Positions 50,328 through 63,552 of a stretch of 64,000 nt of DNA are shown here, piece by piece. Under the pieces are notes generated by a model. It worked only from the letters and a program-made list of their open reading frames with translations. It did not search any database and was not told the origin of the DNA. Numbering within the stretch: position 1 is the stretch's first letter; each line of letters starts with the position of its first letter. A program made the translations under genes and the position numbers. Source of the DNA: Neoechinorhynchus agilis (Eukaryota > Animalia > Acanthocephala); contig CM121342.1 of the NCBI GenBank assembly GCA_051530055.1, positions 10,555,480-10,619,479 on the forward strand. The letters run 5' to 3'.

Positions 50328-50449
50328 CCCAATCACATTCCCCGATACCTCACATACGACAGAACCTGTTTTAATTCAAAGACAACTTTTGGAGGCCTTA
50401 GACGCTTGCTTTTGAAGAAGTTTCAAGATGGAGTTATCCATGATGGGTA

Positions 50450-51912
50450 ACGATAGGAGATTCTAATGAATTTCTTACTAATTGCAGAAGTTAGGGATTT
50501 TTTTATGATTGAGCTTAGGGTGGACATGGCCAAGGAAGGGTTATTTGTGTTGTCAGAGGGAATGTGCGAATATTATAGTTGAACAATTTTATAAAATTGT
50601 AGATGTGATGATCACGTTTATCCCAGGCGAGTAAACGAGGAGATTTTAAACGCTGAGGTGGGGTGGAGTACGGTAAACTGGGGTGGAAATGACGGAGATT
50701 GGAGTTGCATTGTTCGTCGCGGGTGATGGATTAAGGGAAGAGTCGTGACAGGATGCCGATCTAGAACAATTGATTATCCCGAAGAGAGAAGTCCGGGAGC
50801 GAATCGAAAATTTGACTTGGGATGAGTGATTGACAATGATAGAAATAAGTTTAGAGTTGAGACTTTATGTATCAGCTACGATTGGACGGGCAGATTTATA
50901 GTGTTTTTGTGCGGGGATGGAGCGATAATTATTATGTGGTTTCTTGGACGCCAGTAGAGTTGCACGTAGTCAAAGAAGTTGGGAAGTCGCTTATTCTTCG
51001 AGTTTTTGGGATGAAGAAGATGTTCGAGGGTGTTTGCTAAAAATGACGGGTTATATTGGGATGATGAGGTCTGGGTTGAGTTTGGGGGAGCGGTGGAAAG
51101 ATTTTGCGATGAGTTTTAAAGTGGATAGATACGAAAAGGAAATTGTGAAGGAGCTTGTGTCTCCTGGTAAGAAAGAAGGAGGTTACGAGTGGTGAAAAGT
51201 TATTTTTGTAGGGAATACGCATAACTGTTGATGGGGGAGGAATAGTAGAGTGAATGTCGGGGAAAAGGAGTTGACCGATACGAAGAATTTGGTGGCGGTT
51301 GTGTGCATCAGCGGCGACAGGATCTCCAACAAGGGCTTCCGGCATTTCAGAAATAAATATGGTGCGATTTCTATCATCGATGGAGGATTGCATGATGCGA
51401 TGGGTCGAATTCAGAGCAACGAGGGATGATGGCCGGGGTGGAGAAGGCGTATCATTACTGAAATGAATCGGAGGGCTGATTGATTTTGATGGTGTTGGCG
51501 TCAACCTTATATCCTTATAGTTATTTGTTCCACCTTTTGTTTTTCCCAATCGCTCAGATGTTTCGCCGACCTTTTGTTCAACCGTAGCGTTCTCATTAGT
51601 TACTTCAGCTGAATTCCTTTCGCTTTTCCTATCGTCACCTTTTATCACAGTCAACGTATTATTATTCTACCATTTCCGCGCAGGTTTTGGTGACATGCTT
51701 CCAACACAATGAAAGGGCTTAAAACTACGAGCCAGCGACGTGCTAAAAATCAATGAAAAAATGTAACACAACGCAGGGAATTCGAGCGGATATACGATCC
51801 CTGAACTTCGGAAATGGCGATCCCGCGCATCCGAGCCATAGAACACATAAAATGTAACACCTTTTTAGATGACTGATCCGGCGAGGTCACCTCGTGAAAT
51901 ATTTCAAATAAA
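50450..51912 (-). mobile_element. CR1/L2-group LINE, 5' half (5' UTR, ORF1, degenerate APE)
   Basis: The 205-aa ORF1 with NRTIFISEMPE..VMRI is typical of LINE ORF1. Downstream sequence is shared with LINE copies at 57560-57650 and 59220. Confidence 0.7.
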
Positions 51913-53356
51913 GAAAATATGTTTTATCCGAAGATTATGCTCACCAAAATTCTAACTTTTCTATAATGAGTGAAATGCATCGATATTTGCAATACCTTCG
52001 GAAATTTGCCATTGAAATAAATTGTAACTTTTAGTAAAAGAACAGACATCCTTTTGTGCAAATTTTTAAGGAATTAAAAGCCTACTCAATTCTTTTGTTC
52101 CTTTATCTCTAGCAAATGTTTGAACACATTCGAAAATCTCTTCCTCGGGTTTTTAGTAGAAAACGTATTAACGTAATCAAATGAACATTTTGAATCGTCA
52201 AGTTTTTGACTTATTGAGTTCAGAGTTTATTAAATTTATCTCACTTTCTTAGCTCAAAAGATTTAATTATGCGACATTCTGCTATAAAATCTGCACGATT
52301 TAGAATTGCAACCAAAAATTGAACTAAATTGAAGGACAGCAATAAACTTTTAATTTTGCGTCTCATTTTAACTTTCAAAATAGTCGAGTTTCAAAATCAT
52401 GGAACACTCAATTAATTGAATTCATGAGCTTTTGACTCGTACTAACGTAATTAAAACATTCTATAGGGAGCGAGACATTAATATGAATTTAGAAGTTATT
52501 CGGATTCAATGAATCGATATTTTATGAAGTAGCAAAAAAGGTGTGCTATCGGCGTATATATTTTTCGTTCAATCTCACTCCTATCCGCATTATTGACAAT
52601 GTGATATTTCGGCCATGTTTGAGTTTATAGTGCATATCGTTAAGCTCCTTTGGTAATACAACTATTACGTCCCACTTTTGCTACAAAATCGCTATTGTTG
52701 AACACTCAAGTTTCATATATTGCACCCATTTTTCTTCGTAACATCAATTTCATCCAATCAAGTACTTTGAGTGCTTTACTAAGGAAATTTCAAATGAAGT
52801 ACTTAGAGCAGGAGAAAATGCAATAGAACAACAGCGCAGTTTATATACGCCCACACTTCGTCTTCGAAGCCAACTGCTTTCGAGGCTGCAGATTTCTATC
52901 AGTGCAAACATTTCGCTTCTGCAGTTTCGGCGGCTGAAGGCAACGAACTTTGCGGTTGTTAAACGATCTCAACATCTATATAGATTTCAATTGACTCTCT
53001 AGTCTTAAATAATTTTTGAGATCAACTTCGCTTAATGGGAATAATCGTAAATGTCTCGCTCGCAATAGATGAATAAATTCATTCACCCGGTAAGTTTAGA
53101 TTGATTCAAAAATCTGATTATACTAAAGTCGAAGATGAAACCGCTTACAACAGGAATCTTCGGGTAATTAAGAAAAATAAATATCGATACCGAAGTGGCT
53201 TGACATTCTAGGATATTTTGTTCGCAGTGAGCTACGGCATTCGTTTGCAATAATGTATTTACCTCAAGTGCAGCACACACTGCCTATAATCATGACAATG
53301 AGCAAATCGATGCATTCCATCATGCGACTTTAATCTCGTCTACTAAGAAGCACACC

Positions 53357-54193
53357 ATGAAACAAACAGATTTACTTGGAACGGCAATTATTCTGGGATT
53401 TCTAACAATTTTTCATTATCCAATCACTTCGAATCCGAGTGTTAATGAAATGCGCTGCACAAACATCAAGAATTCGACTGAAGGACAAAGCCTTCATTGT
53501 CACTTTCGATCGAAAAAAAACGACTTTCTTTGTACGTTTCTCATTCCAGATCAGTCAAATCCAATTGTTTTCATTATCCATGTGGAACATTTGAAAAAAT
53601 TTACTACACGAACCCAAATCGTATTCAGTGGTACTGTACCCAAGACAACATTCGTTCAGCCGAACATATTGGATTCTGGAATCTATCGAATTTGCGCACT
53701 CGCATTGACTACAATTCCATCGAGACCAAAAATGGTTGACCTTTCACGTAATGATTCCATCTTTGATGTGCAATGTACACAAATCAGCGTAAGTTCCGGA
53801 AACATTGAAGTGCCTGTTTTACAAGTGAAACCTTCATTCGCAGTTTTCCTTTATCTTCTTTGTATTATCCTGCTGATTTCACTAGTGATTAAGAGACACA
53901 TTGTGATACGAAAAAGACGAAGAATCAGAAGCATATCGAGTGGGCAATCGTTGCCTTTAAATAGTGAAAACGTGAACGGTCATTCGCTTATTTGTGGAGA
54001 TGCACATTCGTCACGGAGATCTACTTATCCTGAGATTCGCATTGAACTGCCGGATCAAAGAAATAATACCGACACAACAAATGGAGACGTTTTAGATAGA
54101 AGATACAATCGTCAAGGCTCGACTGTTGATGAAGTTGTAGCTCGAATTCTTGGTTCGATTCGATGGAAATCCGATCCCCACAATAAACCCTGA
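53357..54193 (+). CDS. Intronless type I membrane protein (278 aa): signal peptide, Cys-containing beta-rich ectodomain (FN3-like), TM helix, cytoplasmic tail
   Basis: Hydrophobic N-terminus LLGTAIILGFLTIF, LDSGIYRICALAL (FN3 F-strand-like), TM FAVFLYLLCIILLISLVI followed by KRH..RKRRR. Confidence 0.7.
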   Translation: MKQTDLLGTAIILGFLTIFHYPITSNPSVNEMRCTNIKNSTEGQSLHCHFRSKKNDFLCTFLIPDQSNPIVFIIHVEHLKKFTTRTQIVFSGTVPKTTFVQPNILDSGIYRICALALTTIPSRPKMVDLSRNDSIFDVQCTQISVSSGNIEVPVLQVKPSFAVFLYLLCIILLISLVIKRHIVIRKRRRIRSISSGQSLPLNSENVNGHSLICGDAHSSRRSTYPEIRIELPDQRNNTDTTNGDVLDRRYNRQGSTVDEVVARILGSIRWKSDPHNKP

Positions 54194-54548
54194 TTAAAAC
54201 ATATTGTCCGTGTTTAGTGTTATTTATAGATTTTCGAAGAATTTTCAAGTCGGAAAATAGACAAACCGTGGCTTTGTAATTAAATTAAGAAAGTGTTACG
54301 ATTATTTTAGCAGCTTCCTTCATGTTTTTGCAACCTCAAACCAATGTTGAAAAGATAATTCATTGTTATTTGTTGATAGGAGAGATAAATGAAATTAAGA
54401 TTTTATATGATATTTCGATCCACTATCTCGGATCTTCTTCAGCGATTGCTTGTAAGTTTTTAAATATTCGAGATGACTTTGTTTTGATTAATAAACTTTC
54501 GGAATTGCCTGAATTCTCTAATAATATAATTTATTGAAAACTGATTGC

Positions 54549-54937
<389 letters not shown>

Positions 54938-55118
54938 CCTGTGAACTTTCTGCACTAAAGAAATACATATGTGAATTTTAGATTTTTCCACCGAAGAATG
55001 ATCGCACTACGGATTTTCTATTGAACGCTCGTTTCATGAATAACTGAAAAAATTATTTTTATGACAGTGAGCTCATCTTAAACGCGAGTTTTGTCTCCTT
55101 TTTTATCCTTCGATTCTC

Positions 55119-57012
55119 CTAAATCAACGTTCTTACATCCATGAAGCGAGAAGCATTTCTCACCGCTCTAATTTCCTTCCAAGCCTTTTTCCTAAGTCTT
55201 CTTTCCTCCAGAGTTTCGTTCCGATTCCTCTGTTTCATTCGTTCAATACTATGATTCGATTTTCGCTTAGAAACCGCATGATCCTCAACTTGAGTCAACT
55301 GGATTTTTTCCTGCGACGAATAAGCGTTGCTTAAAAGCTCTATTCGACGAGGACACCCAGCGTTCTTCAGCGTGGACAGTCGAAATCCATTATTGATCAA
55401 ACGACTTCTAACGCTCTTTTCTGGTTCTAGCATCGTAAATTTTTGATCGACGTATACTACCTCCGCATTTCGATCCTCAGTCACCCTTACGAGAACATTC
55501 AGCATTGATATCATAAAAACTCACTCTTGTTTAGCCGGAATGAAATCGGCAAATAATTCTGAATAATCAATGCTGTCACATTTGAACGGCGAATTATCCG
55601 GGTCTTCAGTGCAATACTCGTGCAGAAGCTTAAGAAAAAATCTTGAAAATAGTCGGGAAAAGCATAATTTTTATACCATTTTTTAGCGTTGTTAATGCTT
55701 TAAATTATGTTATTATTTTGGCCAATAATTGACCCAAAAGAGGGATCGCGTCAAAGTCGAATGTAATTGGAAATTGTTTCGAGGTAAAAGAGAAAGTTAT
55801 GGAGCTAACGAACCTTCACTGCGAAAAACAGCTTCATAACTTTCACGAAACCAGTCGACACATATATATTCGATTTTAGCAATCCCTCTCGGGTGTCGGT
55901 GACTATCTGAATTAACAAGATGTCTGTCAAAATGAAACTGTTTAGGAATACTTCACATTAAACATTTAAAGTCTCAAAATAACAAAACGTAAGATTAAAA
56001 AGTTATAAATAACCATGTTTCTAGAGAAAAAAGGGTTTAAAATGGAAATCCCAATTTTTACTCCAAAATGCGTAATTATAGAAATATAATGGAAAACAGC
56101 TAAAAACGTTAAGAAAATTTCGAAATATTGTTAAACAAAAAACGGAAATTTGATATTAAATAAACGCTGAAAATTTGTGTTTTTATTTTCCGAAAAACAA
56201 TGGACAAAAGTTTGAATTATTAAAAAAATGCGGCAATTCAAAATCGCCAATTAATTCGCCTTCTAATTTTCTCAAAACATCAAAATGATCGAGAATAATT
56301 ACAAATTGAAAATGTGACATTTCAGACCTGCAAACAAATTAAACATTAGACTAAAAAACCTTTATATGGAAAAATCTAAAATGTATCATTCTGAGAATGA
56401 CTAAAGAATTGGTTATTTTGCAAAATTGCAAAAAGAAAAATATAATTGAATAAAAAAATTAAAAAAATCGCAAATTCTTCAAAACAAATTATAAAGATTT
56501 AGCGACATAAATTCGATCAATTACAATGCTGACCACTTTAGCTCGCCGAAATTCAGTATGCCTACCTTCTCGAATTGGCAATTTAGTTTTCTAAGTTCAT
56601 CAATCTCACCAACTTCTCCATTCCCTGCTTCCTCTTCTATCGTCGGAAGCATTGAATTTAGATATCGGTTCACTTTAGCGGATACTTGTTGGGACACTTG
56701 TGTTTCTGGATGCGCTCCACCAGCTAAATTGACAAAATCATCCGGAAAGTCATCAGATTCAGCCTCATGATCGTCTTCGAGAGATCGTATAAACTCATCG
56801 AGTTCAGCATCGTGTTTAAAATCACCGTCTTCCTTTACTAATTGAACCTCCTTATTGTGTTTAACCTCGGACTCTATTTTCTTTGTAGATTTTGATGTAA
56901 AATCTTCATGTTCGTTCTGGTGACCAATGGCAGCAATCGCATCGAGCACCTCGCCTTTATTTTCTTCATTTAAAATGAATCGTCGACCTTTTCGCCCTTT
57001 GCGAGATGGCAT
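55119..57012 (-). CDS. LTV1-like 40S ribosome biogenesis factor (about 305 aa); exons 57012-56566, 55628-55525, 55485-55119
   Basis: Acidic DDFPDDFV..A region, QFEK before donor GTAGGC, phase-consistent 937-nt and 39-nt (GTGAGT..TAAG) introns, C-terminal R.RNETLEERRLRKKAWKE.R resembling the LTV1 tail. Confidence 0.6.
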
Positions 57013-57539
57013 CTACAATATCGTGGAATTGCGCTGCCCCTGCTGGATGCGAAAGGGAAAAGGGTCAAACTGATTTGGAACTCAACGATAAACCTAATAC
57101 GATCGTCGTCGATTTTCCAAACGGCGAAATCAATTACGATCGCAATCGATTAGTAATTGGCCTTAAAAACAGGGTTTTCCCCAATTATTGATATTGGAGC
57201 AAGGACTTTGATTATCCGCGAAACCAAAAATGCCAACTTTTCGTTGCCTACCCAAATCTTCTTTCGTGCAATGCTCAGTCAAAGGGAAATATTAAATACT
57301 GCTCTCGAGAATTCAGAAATGAGGTATACATATGGACTTTATGAACGTGCTAGAACCAAGATTGAAATTGGTAGATAATGGTAGAAAATCGGCGATTTGT
57401 GTTCGCTCGTTTTATAAAATTGAACTTCATATCCCTGTCTAGTGTGAAAAATTTAATAGATAATGCCTTTAGGGAATTACAGAATTCATGGTACGCATTT
57501 GTTGATTACTAACTAATAAAAACGTATTATTACCGATTT

Positions 57540-58602
57540 TATTGGTCCTGTCAAGCGAGTTTGTTGAACATCAACTCTAATACTCTCACATTCCACTCTG
57601 ACAACACAAATAACCCTTTCTGCCATGTCCTTCCTAACCTCAATCATAAAATTTTTAAAAAAAATCGGCAATTCCCAGGAAATTCACTAGAATCTCACCA
57701 GCATGAAACTTCTTCAAAAGCAAGCATCACCTACAAAAACTTTTTTCCTCCAAAAATCGTTCGGGTAGCAATTCAACGTTATGACGAGCCATCAAGGACT
57801 CTTTTGATCTACGCAACCCGGATCCCTTCCCAAATTTCTCCTATTCTGAATTAAAACAGATTCTAGACTCCATCAATCAGAACCTCTGCCCTGACTCAAT
57901 TTACAATCACTGTGCCACATCAGACTCCACACAATCTTTCACGCACACATCTGACACTTTTGTCAACTCGCCGATACTCCCCTTAGTTTCGTCATACGAT
58001 GTCCAACAAATCTCGAAAAATTATCTCGAAATTAGTCCTCTCAATCCGAAATCCCAAAGTGGGCTCTTCGCTGCGTCATCCCCGAACTCATAGACCCTTC
58101 TACCCTCATTATAAATTACAGCCTTTTACATGGCATCTACCCCTCTTGCCTGAAAACTGCTAAAGTTATCCTTCTTCCACAAAAAGGCCATTCTATTTCT
58201 GCCGAATCATTCCGTCCAATATACATTTTGTCCGATCTTTTAAAAATTATCGAAATGTATTTTAAATCAAGCCTTCTTTCACTTCTCAACGACAAGATAC
58301 TGCCCCTGCAATTCAGCTTCCGGCCTAAAATTTTCTGCAACCGACGACATCCTCCCACGTAACCTCGACAAAAATCATTCCCACGTCACCCGTCTCGTTC
58401 AACTGGATTTATCGAAAGCATTCGACTCCGTAAACCATTCACTCCCTCTCCAAGCATGCTCCGTGGTCTCAACTTGTGGCAGATCCGCTGGCTCGAATCT
58501 TATCTTCACAATCGCAAACAATAGAATCACTACCGATCTACCTCCTCGATCAGCCTATCCCTCGCCAAATGCGTACCTCAAGATGCTGTGCTGTCACCAC
58601 TT
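57540..58602 (+). mobile_element. Degenerate CR1/L2-group LINE RT region
   Basis: CLKTAKVILLP..ESFRPI..LLKIIE, VQLDLSKAFDSVNH, W.ESYLHNRKQ, CVPQDAVLSPL. Confidence 0.85.
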
Positions 58603-58958
58603 AATCGGATGCTTAGCTCACCACTATCCCAATCGCTTCTTTGGGTACCCTTCTCTCCAACGAGACAGTAAGGATCGCAGTGTCCCTGAGACTTGGGGTA
58701 CCGATGTGCACATCATATCGCTGCCGTTGCTGAGCGACCGTGAAACCATCGGGACGCTATGGTCTCGTCTGTCGGCACGACACGCCGAAGTAAACGCAAT
58801 TCTTATTCGTGCCCTGAATACCGTGAATGCGCCCAACATCCTAGAGCCGAGCAATATTTCCCACTCGATGGCCGTAGACCGGACGGTGTCACAGTATTCC
58901 CGTGGCGAGAAGGAAAATACCTTCTCTGGGACGCTACGTTCATGGATACGATCGAGCC
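58603..58958 (+). mobile_element. CRE fragment (zinc knuckle and RLE start) inserted between two LINE pieces
   Basis: High identity to the reverse complement of 2540-2870. Reads [38 protein letters not shown]. Confidence 0.85.
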
Positions 58959-58959
58959 A

Positions 58960-60840
58960 GCAACATCCTACTTTCGACTTCCTCAGATCACTTCACCATA
59001 TTGGGCGATTTTAACAAGCTGCCGATCCCGCCCTCGCTCTCTCATCTTTCCCAACTCGTTACTTTCCCACACGCTTCTCCTCCAGCCTTGATAAAATTTT
59101 CTCAAACATCAGGCAATACTCGTGCACTACCAAACTCCCTCGATCGCTTCGTCTGTCCATTGTTCCATCTTTCTCTCCACCTCATCACCTCAAAAACGTT
59201 CCTTTTCCGACCCATACGTTGTCTGAGATAAACGTGATCATCATAGCCACGCCTTTGTTGTATGTGTCAATTCTTTTATCACGCAAAACCGCTCTACCAT
59301 CTTTGCCACCGACCCCTCGATAGCAATGGGCTCTTTGTCAAATCTAATAGAATCTGCGATGAAGGCCTCCTTTCCTCGCAAAACAATACGAATACCGAAC
59401 CGCTACTGATTTATTGAAAACCTTTGCCGCCTTTTCTAAAAAACCTTCAAATACAGGTCACCAAAGCTTTCCGGTCCGGCAATCCCGCTTACCCCTCCCT
59501 CCACTCCACATTGACCAAACGCATCCGAATAGCCCGCAAAGTATTCCTCTCATCTCGTCTCCCGTCCGTTTCCAATCGAAACTGGTGGCTGAAATAAAAA
59601 ATTTCACTGGTCTTGTTAGATCCATCCCCTTCGCATCTCTCCCCAAATCTGATCTCCTCTCAATCCTCAACACCATGAATAAAAACCTCTGTCCTCCCCA
59701 AACCTCCTCTCCATTGTCCCAACCTCCCTTCTCACTTCCGGACCCGCCCATTCATACATACCCTTCCTTAGTTTCCCCTCTCGAAATCCTAGAGATCCTT
59801 AAACACCTGCCCGCCATTCTTCCCCTAATTCGACTATCCCGAATTGGGCCGATCCTCTGACGCACATAACGAACCTCCGCTTTCTATTGGGCTCTTTCCC
59901 ATCATGTCTTAAGGAAGCCCGTGTCGTCCCCCTACCCAAAAACAATAAATGGATTTCCCCCACGTCCTTTCGTCCCATCTCTATCCTCTCACCTTTCTCT
60001 AAAATCTTTGAAAATTTTTTTAAAACCCGCCTACTTCCCTTCTTCCTCAAAAACATCTCCCCTTCCCAATTCGCCTTTCGTCCTGTTCTGATGCCCTCCT
60101 CTGCATCTACGATACGCTTGTGCGCAGCTTAGATTACAATCCAGAATCAACCGTCCGTCTCGTGCAACTGGATATTTCCAGGGCGTTTGAGTCGGTCGAT
60201 CACTCCCTTCTCCTCCAAACATGTGCTTGCTTTGGCCTCCCTACCTGGCAACTCGCTTGGATTTCCTCTTTCCTCTCCAACCGCAAACAATATATTCAAT
60301 GTGGAACTTCTTGCTCCTCTTCTCTACCCATATTTAAAGGGGTCCCCCAAGGCGCTGTACTTTCCCCTCTCCTCTTTGACATTTTTCTAAATGACCTTCA
60401 TCCCCTCACTCCCCGTACCAAATATCCTAAATTTATCCAAATCTTTTGAGCTTGTCCCCACATTTCTAAACGCAACCTTATCCCCGCGCATCTCCCTCTC
60501 CCCATCCAACGTTCCTCTTCTCTCCGAATACTGGGCATGATTTTACAAGAAAACCTTAAATGGGATGCCCACATTTCAATTACACTCTCTAAAACAAACC
60601 CTCGTCTTTACCTCCTGAAACTCCCCCGGCGTCTTAACGTATACCCTAAACACTTTGCCAACTTTTATCTCTCTGCCATCCTCCCTATCCTTACATACGC
60701 CTACCCCACTTTCGTCGCCTTTCCGCCAATGCTCTCCATTCCCTCGAAACCTTCCACAAGAGAGCAGCGAGAATATGCGGGGCTTCACTCCCTCCCCTCG
60801 ATGCCCACCTCCACTCCATTTTCTCCATATTTAAAAACTT
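58960..60840 (+). mobile_element. Degenerate CR1/L2-group LINE (APE end and RT)
   Basis: TILGDFN, CLKEARVVPLPK..SFRPISIL..SKIFE, VQLDISRAFESVDH, GVPQGAVLSPLLF, ENLKWDAHI. Confidence 0.88.
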
Positions 60841-60846
60841 ACAAGC

Positions 60847-62430
60847 ATGGACGTAACTATGACTTTCTTAATCCCAGAAGGCCATAGGTACTCCGCTCTC
60901 ATTTTAGATGATGAGGCGGAGAGGACAACCGACGATATTCTTGTCCCAGGTAATTCTGAGAGACAGTCAACAGCACAACAGCAAACAGTTCAACTTACGC
61001 GAACACTCGAACAGAAGAACCAACGAACAGAAGACGTTCATACTAGTAAAGAGTCTATCCTGTGATATCCTACGGGAGTTAATAATGAGATGGAAAGTTC
61101 TAAGTTGCGTTACTTGTCGACAGAGGTCCAAAATATTGCTTGCTATTTGTGTGAGGTTCAATTCATAGGCCGAACGCGAAACAAGCTACATATAGAGCAC
61201 CTAAGAGCACAACATAACACCGTCGTAGCAGCCTGGCAGTGCCCATTATGTGATAACTACGAAAACATTGAATCTCGCAGTGTGGGTAACCATTTGAGAA
61301 GATGCAAGGAAAAGTACCCGGACAGATATCGACAGTTAATGACTGAAGCGTCGACAAAATCACCTAACTCGGAACGCAGGGATTCCGTAAACATAGTGTA
61401 CTCAAACATAGATGACACGCCGGCTAGGTGCCCCGCCTGCCATTTGTCTCTCTTAGGCATTGGGCGGTACAACAGTATTATGGCACACGCAAAAAGCTCG
61501 CATGGCGCCAAGACAATAACGTTTCTTTGCTTTAACTGCCTCAAATCTTTTCGAAATCTACCGGCTGTGCGTTCACATTGCAATCACTGCAGCTTAGCAA
61601 TTACTAAAGATGGCGGTGCATCCGCGCCCCCTTCGGTCAGTGTCGGAATTACGGAAACTACGGACGAAACAATGCAGGACAGCAAGGCGTGCCTTTTAAG
61701 TACAGCCGCAAGTTCGAAGGTGGCAGAAATACCAGCGTTCTGCAACCGCGAAGGTACGCTTATCTCAGACAGCGACGATCACGAAGACAGTCGGCTATGC
61801 CAAACTATGTTCTCAGATTCCTATAACACTCGGAACCAACCCAGCGAGGTCAGCATTCAAGTTGCGAACCCATATAATCGCAGTAATGGGACCGGATTTT
61901 ACGATACAACAGGAAGTAAATCCATAGACTTGCGTTTTTTCTCAGAATATGAGCGGTCTGTCCGCAGGCTCTTTTACAACAGCTGAAGCGCTGGAATTCT
62001 ACAATGACTGCCTGAAGAGGCCAAAGCTCCACCCACGGTACATGCGATTCTTAGAGAGTGAAAGTGGGAAGATGGGCAATTGCCATGCCCACGTTGGACA
62101 AGATTTTGTGAACGCAGTATGTGAGCGTTACACCCGATATCTTAACCCTGGAAGGCACCAGTCTGGCGGAAATTCTATTATGTCTAAAGCGAAGTCACTG
62201 GGCCTAAAAATTATTAAAATAAGGCGATCTTCAATCCAAACGATGGCAACAATTGCATTTCATGTGAGCAAGAATCAAGCTCAGTGGAGGAAAGTCAAGA
62301 GTAGAACCTTGGATGAAATAAACGGGGACCCCGAGCATTTTCAGAGAATCGCAGGAAATATAGGAGACGCGAACGTTAACTTGGAGGACATGGTTACTGG
62401 GCTTCAAAGGGACCAGGAAATCTTGAAGGA
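60847..62430 (+). mobile_element. N-terminal zinc-finger region of an R2/NeSL-like (RLE-class) retrotransposon, interrupted and lacking RT
   Basis: Alternating CCHH/CCHC fingers (CYLC..HLRAQH, CPLC..HLRRC, CPAC..HAKSSH, CFNC..HCNHC). In-frame TGA at 61063 and a +1 break near 61930-61980. The class assignment is an inference. Confidence 0.5.
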
Positions 62431-62542
62431 ATTCATTCTGTGGAGTGCAGCCTCAGCCTACCGTTGTGACTTCGTAGTAAACACCGAATTCATTCTGTGG
62501 AGTGCAGCCTCAGCCTACCGTTGCGACTTCGTAGTAAACACG
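62429..62542. repeat. 57-bp tandem duplication
   Basis: gaattcattctgtggagtgcagcctcagcctaccgttg.gacttcgtagtaaacac at 62429 and 62486, encoding EFILWSAASAYRCDFVVNT twice. Confidence 0.9.
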
Positions 62543-62829
62543 GAACACTCGGAAAGCCCCCTCCACAATTTTCTTCCCTCATCTCTAAACACTCGTCCCT
62601 AGTAAACACCCGGAACCCCAACCTTTTTCATCCCCCCTCGCTCGTACCACCCTCTACCAAAAATCTTTCTTCCCTCAAGCCCAATCTTTCTTTAATAACC
62701 GGAAAACAAGGAAAGACTCCTAATCTGTCATTCTCCTGTAAAACTCCAAAGACAAATCCCACCTCCTTGCCTCAACATCCGACATCCAGACAACTTCAGC
62801 AAAGATAGATGCTGGCAAGTGTTTGGATC

Positions 62830-63185
62830 GTTTTTCTTAATCAATAAAACGTGTTTATATATAACATCAAATTCGCTACCATTAAACCAGGGGGAGCAGC
62901 AACCGCCGCTGAGGAATGCAAAAGGATCAAATACAGGGACCTGAGTCGAAATCATTATTTTGTTCCCTTTGGCGTCGAGGCACTCGGGTTGTTTGGTACC
63001 ACGGCACAGGATATGGTCAAGCAATTGTCTAAGAAATTGAGACGAAACACTTGCGATCCGAGATCAGGAGCATTCCTCCTCCAAAACATGGGTCTGGCTG
63101 TGCAACGGGTAACGCTCCATCCGTCCTTTCGATCGTCGCACCAGGACGGCAGCTGAGTGATCCAGGGCGGTGGTATGAATGATTT
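62830..63185 (+). mobile_element. CRE 3' end (RLE C-terminus and 3' UTR)
   Basis: PGGAATAAEECKRIKYRDL..FVPFGVEALG. The 3' UTR accaggacggcagctgagtgatccag matches the reverse complement of 2200-2240. Confidence 0.85.
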
Positions 63186-63552
63186 CTGCTCCAGGATTCT
63201 GAAAGTTATGTTAATAAATCTCCAGGAATTAAGTGCGTTTTCGCACAATAACTTTGGTGTTGAAATCGGGATGTAGAATAAAAATTAGTACCCTCAATAT
63301 CCACATTCATGACAATTTAAAACGATTTTTGAAAGTTTACGTAAAAAATGGTAAACAGTTGTTGCGCCCAATCACTGTTTTCTATTTAGAAAACTAAATT
63401 ATAGATAATTGATTGATTAAGAGGTCACGTGGGTTTGCTATGGAAAACGCAAATAACCGTATAAGGCTGGAATACTATGAACAAGCTGAAGTTTTTCCCT
63501 AGCTACTGATTAGCGCAACCGATTTTAAAGACAAAACAATACAGCTATTGAA

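Noticed and set aside
34207-51912. 17-kb DNA transposon bounded by 270-bp terminal inverted repeats
   Set aside because: The repeat is the LINE 5' UTR present in two orientations. There is no TSD or transposase, and the interior is a patchwork of independent insertions.
57006-57378. ORFs head-to-head with the LTV1-like start
   Set aside because: Short, broken by stops and without recognisable motifs.
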